Shown: positions 59,497 to 64,000 of the stretch, one piece after another
How the letters are laid out: each line of letters starts with the position of its first letter
How positions within the stretch are numbered: position 1 is the first letter of the stretch
From: Candidatus Binatia bacterium
Lineage (GTDB): Bacteria > Desulfobacterota > Binatia > HRBIN30
Length of the DNA stretch: 64,000 nucleotides
Direction of reading: 5' to 3'
NCBI GenBank assembly: GCA_038245295.1
Contig: JBBRSP010000034.1
Span: 1-64,000 of the forward strand
The notes under the pieces: model-generated
Database searches by the model: none
The model's input: the letters and a program-made list of their open reading frames with translations, nothing else
Told to the model about the DNA's origin: nothing
Position numbers and translations under genes: made by a program

Positions 59497-61170
59497 CTAG
59501 TGCCCGGAGCGGCCGATCTTTACCGCTTCCTTGTACGCATGACGGAAACGGGTGTAGCCATTCTTCAAGTCGCCGCCGGCGATCAGTGCATCGGCACGTG
59601 CCAGCTCGAGATTGGCGTTGTATGTCTGCTCACCAGCGGCAGCCGTCATGTTGATCGCCTCCTGGACGATCTCCCGCACCAACTCGATGAAGCCACGCTG
59701 CGGGCTCGCGGCGATGCAGATCTGCTTCGGGCGGCCGGTTGGACAGTCCTCGTCGAATGAGCACTCGTTTTCGCGCGTTACGGTGCAGGGGTGGCTGGTG
59801 CTTTCGCACGTTTCACCGCCGGGACAGTCGCCATCGGCATGGCACGGCGTCGCGCGCGTGCGGCTGCAGACGCCGAAGCTACTGTCGCACAGCTCTGCCG
59901 GTTTCGAATCGTCGGGACACAAGGAATCGTCTGTTACGTCATCGTCGGTGCCGATATCCAAATCGGGTCCTGCGGCGATGCAAGGAACGGCGATGTCGCG
60001 CTGACAGAACGCCCGCTTGTGGCCGTCAATCGTCTTCGGCAACTGGAACATGGCTTCGCGGAAGCTTTTGCCGCTGTCGATCAAGTCCGATTCGATCTGC
60101 ATCCGGATGAGCAAGTCGCGGAAGTTGCGCATCAGCTCCCCCTGTTTCGAGGCCAACTCGAGGGTCTCGTCGATGGTCTTCTCGAGCTGCGGCAAGCGAA
60201 CAAGGTCCGTGTGATCCACGACCGTGCGCACGCTCTTCTCGTGGGAAGGCGGACGCCCATCACGTGTCCCATCGACGCTGTCCTGTGTGCTGCGCGTCGT
60301 CATCGCCACGTCGAGGCGATCCTCCAGTTTCACGTGAATACTCTCGTTGGAGAATGGGTCACCGCCGGTGCGGATACCGGCACTATCGTCGGCAGCCACT
60401 GTCGACAGCTTCTCGTCGAGACGCGCCGACGTGCCGGCGAACAGGGTCCAGTATTCACACTGAAACGCGTTCTCGTACAACGCCATGATGGTCTTGGTCG
60501 CCAGATTCAGCGCCGTGGCAACACCACACGTGGAGAGTTTGCCGGCGATGGCGGGGACGATGTCAAAGATCCCTAGAACCGAGCATGGGTACGACATGCA
60601 AGCGGTGTCAGCGATGATGTAGATGCCCTCAGCGACATTGGCGCTGATGAGGAATCCATCGGTCAGACTCTGTGTCGTCTGGATGCTGTTGGAGATATTC
60701 CACTTGTTGATGACGCCGCATACCTGGGCTGTAAAGCCTGGTCCCAGCGGTGGGAAGCTCTGATCGGTTGGCGAGAGCGCGGCCAATTGCGCCGCCGCCT
60801 GGCGCAGCTCTGGCGACAGCGATGCGGTGACCCGCGTCGGAGCCTGCTGCCAACCCGGCAGCAGATCGTATTGCTGCTTGAGGTAGGCCAACTCGTCATT
60901 GGATAGACCGGCAATCTCCTCTTCGACCTGCACAATGTCCTGCGAGCCCATCCAGCTAAGGGCGGCGAGATCGGCCCTCGGTACGCCGAAAAGGGCGGCC
61001 ATGTTCTGACTGTCGCGCACCACGCTGAGCAGTTGCGGCCAGAAGGTCGCCAGGTCGGAGCGGAAGGCTTCGAGGTCGGCCTTCTGTTCCTGAGCCGGAC
61101 TTGAGGCCGGGACGGTCATTGTCATCAGGAAGATGCTGAGCGCGGCAACGACGATTCGCTTTGCGTGCAT
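59497..61170 (-). CDS. Uncharacterised secreted helical protein with Cys-rich insert (paralog B)
   Basis: ATG 61170 after AGGAGA; signal peptide; shares many motifs with 61200-62792. Confidence 0.8.
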   Translation of the reverse strand: MHAKRIVVAALSIFLMTMTVPASSPAQEQKADLEAFRSDLATFWPQLLSVVRDSQNMAALFGVPRADLAALSWMGSQDIVQVEEEIAGLSNDELAYLKQQYDLLPGWQQAPTRVTASLSPELRQAAAQLAALSPTDQSFPPLGPGFTAQVCGVINKWNISNSIQTTQSLTDGFLISANVAEGIYIIADTACMSYPCSVLGIFDIVPAIAGKLSTCGVATALNLATKTIMALYENAFQCEYWTLFAGTSARLDEKLSTVAADDSAGIRTGGDPFSNESIHVKLEDRLDVAMTTRSTQDSVDGTRDGRPPSHEKSVRTVVDHTDLVRLPQLEKTIDETLELASKQGELMRNFRDLLIRMQIESDLIDSGKSFREAMFQLPKTIDGHKRAFCQRDIAVPCIAAGPDLDIGTDDDVTDDSLCPDDSKPAELCDSSFGVCSRTRATPCHADGDCPGGETCESTSHPCTVTRENECSFDEDCPTGRPKQICIAASPQRGFIELVREIVQEAINMTAAAGEQTYNANLELARADALIAGGDLKNGYTRFRHAYKEAVKIGRSGH

Positions 61171-61199
61171 GGGTAGTCTCCTTCTCCGTCCGCCGCGGT

Positions 61200-62792
61200 T
61201 CACGGGTTCACCGGATAGGGTTTGATCGCCTTGCGATACGACTGACGCAGATGGCGATATGACTGTTTGAAGTTCGCTGCATTGATGTCGACGACGGCGC
61301 GCGTGGTGCGGACCTGGCTGCCACCGACCTGCTGCGCTGCCGCATCGGTCATGTCGATGGTTTCTTGCACGATCTCCCGCGCGCTTTGCAGCAAGCCCAT
61401 CTGGCCTGTCGGTTGGGTGACGCACGTTTCCGCCGCCTGTGGTTGCACCGGGCAGTCGAAGATGTCGGTGCAGGGACTGCCAGACATCGAACAAACGCGC
61501 ATGCCCGGGGAGCCGTCGCAGGTCTCGCCCACGACCGCCGGCGGGCAGTCGGCGTTGACGCTGCAGCTTCTGGTGTTGCTAATGCTGCAGAACTTCTTGG
61601 GCGGCGCGCTGACCGTGTTGGGCACCTGGAACAGCGCCACCGGCAACACACGTGGGTGTCGCTGGATCAGGTTTTCCGAGATCTTGAAGCGAATCTGCAG
61701 CGCTTGCAGGTCACGCAGCAGGCTGCCCTGGGCGGCAATCGCGGCGTTGAGCTTGTCCATCTTCTTCTGCAGCCGCGGTAGGACGATCTCGTCTGTCTTG
61801 TCGACCACGGTTCGGACGCTCTTGGAATCGCTCGGGATCACCGGCGCGCTGCGTTGGCCGTCGACGCTGTCCTGGGTTGAGCGCGTTGACGTCTGGACAT
61901 CGAGGCGTGTCTGCAACTTATCGTGCAGGTTCATCGCCGCGAACTCGCCATTCACGCTCGATGCCGGGCCACAGTCGATGTCGGCCGAGCATTCCACCCC
62001 CGTCCGCGCACAGTGTCCGGAGACGCAGTTATTGATGAACGTGACACAATCCTGGTTCGTCGTGCACGTCGTCAACGTGCGCGCGCATTTGCCGGCCCCG
62101 GTGTCGCAGTCGTTGCGGATGCCGACGCTATCGACGGTGGCGCGGCTGGTCACCGTAACCCCGAGACGGCGCTCGGTTTCGTTCTCGAAATCCTTGGAAT
62201 GACAGCGCATGATCTGCTGCTGCGCGATGACCGCCGCCAACTCGACCGTGCGCGCGACGCCGTTGATGACGCAGGCCGTAACCGATCCGGCGGCACCGCT
62301 GCACTGGTTGGCATCGCAGATCTTGGTGGCGATGGCGCGCACGGCGAGGGCGCTGAAGCGGGCGATGCCGGCGGCAAAAATGTCACCGAAGCAGTGGTTC
62401 GGATAGGCCAGGTTGGCGAGTTGCGGGGCGGTGAGGTTGGATTGGAGGGCGTGCGGTAGTTCCTGCCAATTCAAGGAGCTCAGTTGTGCCTGCAAAGCGT
62501 CGAGCTCCGCCGCCGTAGCGGTGGCGAGCGCTTGATGTGCCAGTTCGAGGTCGCGTCGCGCGTCGCTGCGTGCCGTCAACAGGCTCTCCTGCTGTCTCTG
62601 CATCTCCGCGTCGAGACTCGGATCGAATGGCCAATCGAACGTCATGACCGGCAGATTGGACAACTCCGTCAGGACGGCGCCGTAGGCAGCGCGAAACTGC
62701 TCGGTGGCCATTTTCTGCTCGGCGGCGGCGCGGCCGCACAGGCCCGCCACAAACCATCCGCTGATCATCAGGGCGACTAGGTGCTTTTTCAT
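61200..62792 (-). CDS. Uncharacterised secreted helical protein with two Cys-rich inserts (paralog A)
   Basis: GAGGAG RBS; signal peptide ending AAA; RLDV..TRSTQDSVDG, KSVRTVVD, FQ.P, REIVQE shared with neighbour. Confidence 0.82.
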   Translation of the reverse strand: MKKHLVALMISGWFVAGLCGRAAAEQKMATEQFRAAYGAVLTELSNLPVMTFDWPFDPSLDAEMQRQQESLLTARSDARRDLELAHQALATATAAELDALQAQLSSLNWQELPHALQSNLTAPQLANLAYPNHCFGDIFAAGIARFSALAVRAIATKICDANQCSGAAGSVTACVINGVARTVELAAVIAQQQIMRCHSKDFENETERRLGVTVTSRATVDSVGIRNDCDTGAGKCARTLTTCTTNQDCVTFINNCVSGHCARTGVECSADIDCGPASSVNGEFAAMNLHDKLQTRLDVQTSTRSTQDSVDGQRSAPVIPSDSKSVRTVVDKTDEIVLPRLQKKMDKLNAAIAAQGSLLRDLQALQIRFKISENLIQRHPRVLPVALFQVPNTVSAPPKKFCSISNTRSCSVNADCPPAVVGETCDGSPGMRVCSMSGSPCTDIFDCPVQPQAAETCVTQPTGQMGLLQSAREIVQETIDMTDAAAQQVGGSQVRTTRAVVDINAANFKQSYRHLRQSYRKAIKPYPVNP

Positions 62793-62822
62793 CGGATCAT
62801 CTCCTCGGCTGTATCGCGGCGA

Positions 62823-64000
62823 TCAGTTGGCCGGCATCGACGTGCGGGCGCGGTAGAAATCGGCGCGATTGGCATCGGGAACCGTGTATTGAACGGACCA
62901 ACAGCGGGCGTCGCTGTGGACGAGTTGGACCGTAACCTTGGTGTCCTGGCTGAAGAGTTGCGTCGGCGATACTGCCGCGGAGAACGGAATGTTCGGACCG
63001 CGTGCCGTGAGCTTGAGCCGCGCCTGGGCCTGGCTCACCGTGCGTATGCCGCGCAGGTAGATCTTGAAAACACCTTCGGGTGTGTTCTCGATGTCACGAT
63101 ACTTGAAGCCGGCCGGACCGGTCGTCGGGCCGAACTGCTTCCAGCAGGGCTTTGGTGAGGCGGTGCCGCAGAGCCCTTGCGCCGGCGCGTCGAGACTCAT
63201 CTTCAACGCCGGCACCCCGCCGCTCTCGTCGTAGATGCACAGCGAGTAGTGCGTTGAACCGACGACCGGATTGCCGAGTATCGGCACGGTCGTCGTATCA
63301 TCATGGATCCAACTCCAGGTGATCTGATCGCGGTTATCGCTGGCGGCGACGTTCTTGATGATCAACGACGTCTTACCGCTTGGCGCTTTGCATGTGGTGC
63401 GTGGGGCCGCAAGGCAGAGAGGTCCCTGCCAGATTGGTGTGGGTACACCGGGGATGCCCGTCGCGGTGTGGGTTGGCGTCGCCGTTTCGGTGAACGACGG
63501 AGTGGGGGTGCGCGTGCCGGTGCGTGTTTTCGTCGCCGTCGACGTGACGGTTGGGGTGGCCGTGGGAGTCGACGTCGGTGTGCTCGTCGAGGTCTCGGTC
63601 GCCGTCTCGGTGAATGTCGGGGTGGATGTCGCACTCGCGGTCGGTGTGGGACTCGCCGCCGTGGTCACTTCGAAGGCGCCGATGTCGCATTGGCTGTCGC
63701 TGCGGGCCAGGTTGCGCTGATCGCTGCTGAGGAGGGCGCCGAGATCGTCCGGTTGGGTACAGTCGAAGCCACGGCACCCGTGCACCGGATCTCCCGCGTC
63801 GATGGCCGGGCTACCGGGCAACAGGGCGTGCGTCGCGGTGGGACCATCATTGTTCTGGAGTGGGCCGAGCAGCGGATCGATCGGTGACATCACCGAGCCG
63901 ACCTGGTCGCTCATGGTCATTCCGAAGCCGCAACCGGTGTCGTTGCCGATGATGTTGTGGCCTTGTGAATCGATGAGCCCGCCGCAGTCGCCGCCGCCGC
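62823..64000 (-). CDS. Choice-of-anchor-Q protein with Thr/Pro linker and Cys-containing C-terminal domain (5' part outside window)
   Basis: Frame stays open to the window edge ([18 protein letters not shown]); [14 protein letters not shown]...DQR...CDIGAFE; CTD similar to that of 56960-59452. Confidence 0.85.
   Translation of the reverse strand, partial: GGGDCGGLIDSQGHNIIGNDTGCGFGMTMSDQVGSVMSPIDPLLGPLQNNDGPTATHALLPGSPAIDAGDPVHGCRGFDCTQPDDLGALLSSDQRNLARSDSQCDIGAFEVTTAASPTPTASATSTPTFTETATETSTSTPTSTPTATPTVTSTATKTRTGTRTPTPSFTETATPTHTATGIPGVPTPIWQGPLCLAAPRTTCKAPSGKTSLIIKNVAASDNRDQITWSWIHDDTTTVPILGNPVVGSTHYSLCIYDESGGVPALKMSLDAPAQGLCGTASPKPCWKQFGPTTGPAGFKYRDIENTPEGVFKIYLRGIRTVSQAQARLKLTARGPNIPFSAAVSPTQLFSQDTKVTVQLVHSDARCWSVQYTVPDANRADFYRARTSMPAN

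Overview
GC-rich bacterial chromosomal window. The Thr/Pro-linker + dockerin-like secreted proteins, DUF1329/DUF1302 genes and actinobacterial-like lipid catabolism suggest a Candidatus Binatia (Binatota)-like organism; this is inference only. Contents: (i) 3.8-28.6 kb, a lipid/sterol catabolic region with three acyl-CoA ligases, SDR, amidohydrolase, ADH, ALDH, LLM oxidoreductase, FdxD-like ferredoxin, an echA19-ltp3-ltp4-DUF35x2 module, two TetRs and DUF1329; (ii) housekeeping genes (hisI, hisG, hisC, gltX with tRNA-Gln/tRNA-Glu, Gld-like ABC system, MATE, PduO-type adenosyltransferase) and a sigma54-preceded type IV pilin; (iii) large secreted modular proteins, including a cohesin+dockerin protein, a dockerin-bearing metalloprotease, a dockerin-bearing Kelch protein, and a 57-64 kb operon with two uncharacterised helical paralogs flanked by two proteins sharing an unnamed Cys-containing C-terminal domain; (iv) a RAYT-like HUH transposase and several non-autonomous elements, including MITEs inserted in REP-hairpin loops with 4-bp duplications and nested in each other, plus a 115-nt block-conserved intergenic element present twice. 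All calls come from reading motifs by eye; no searches were run.
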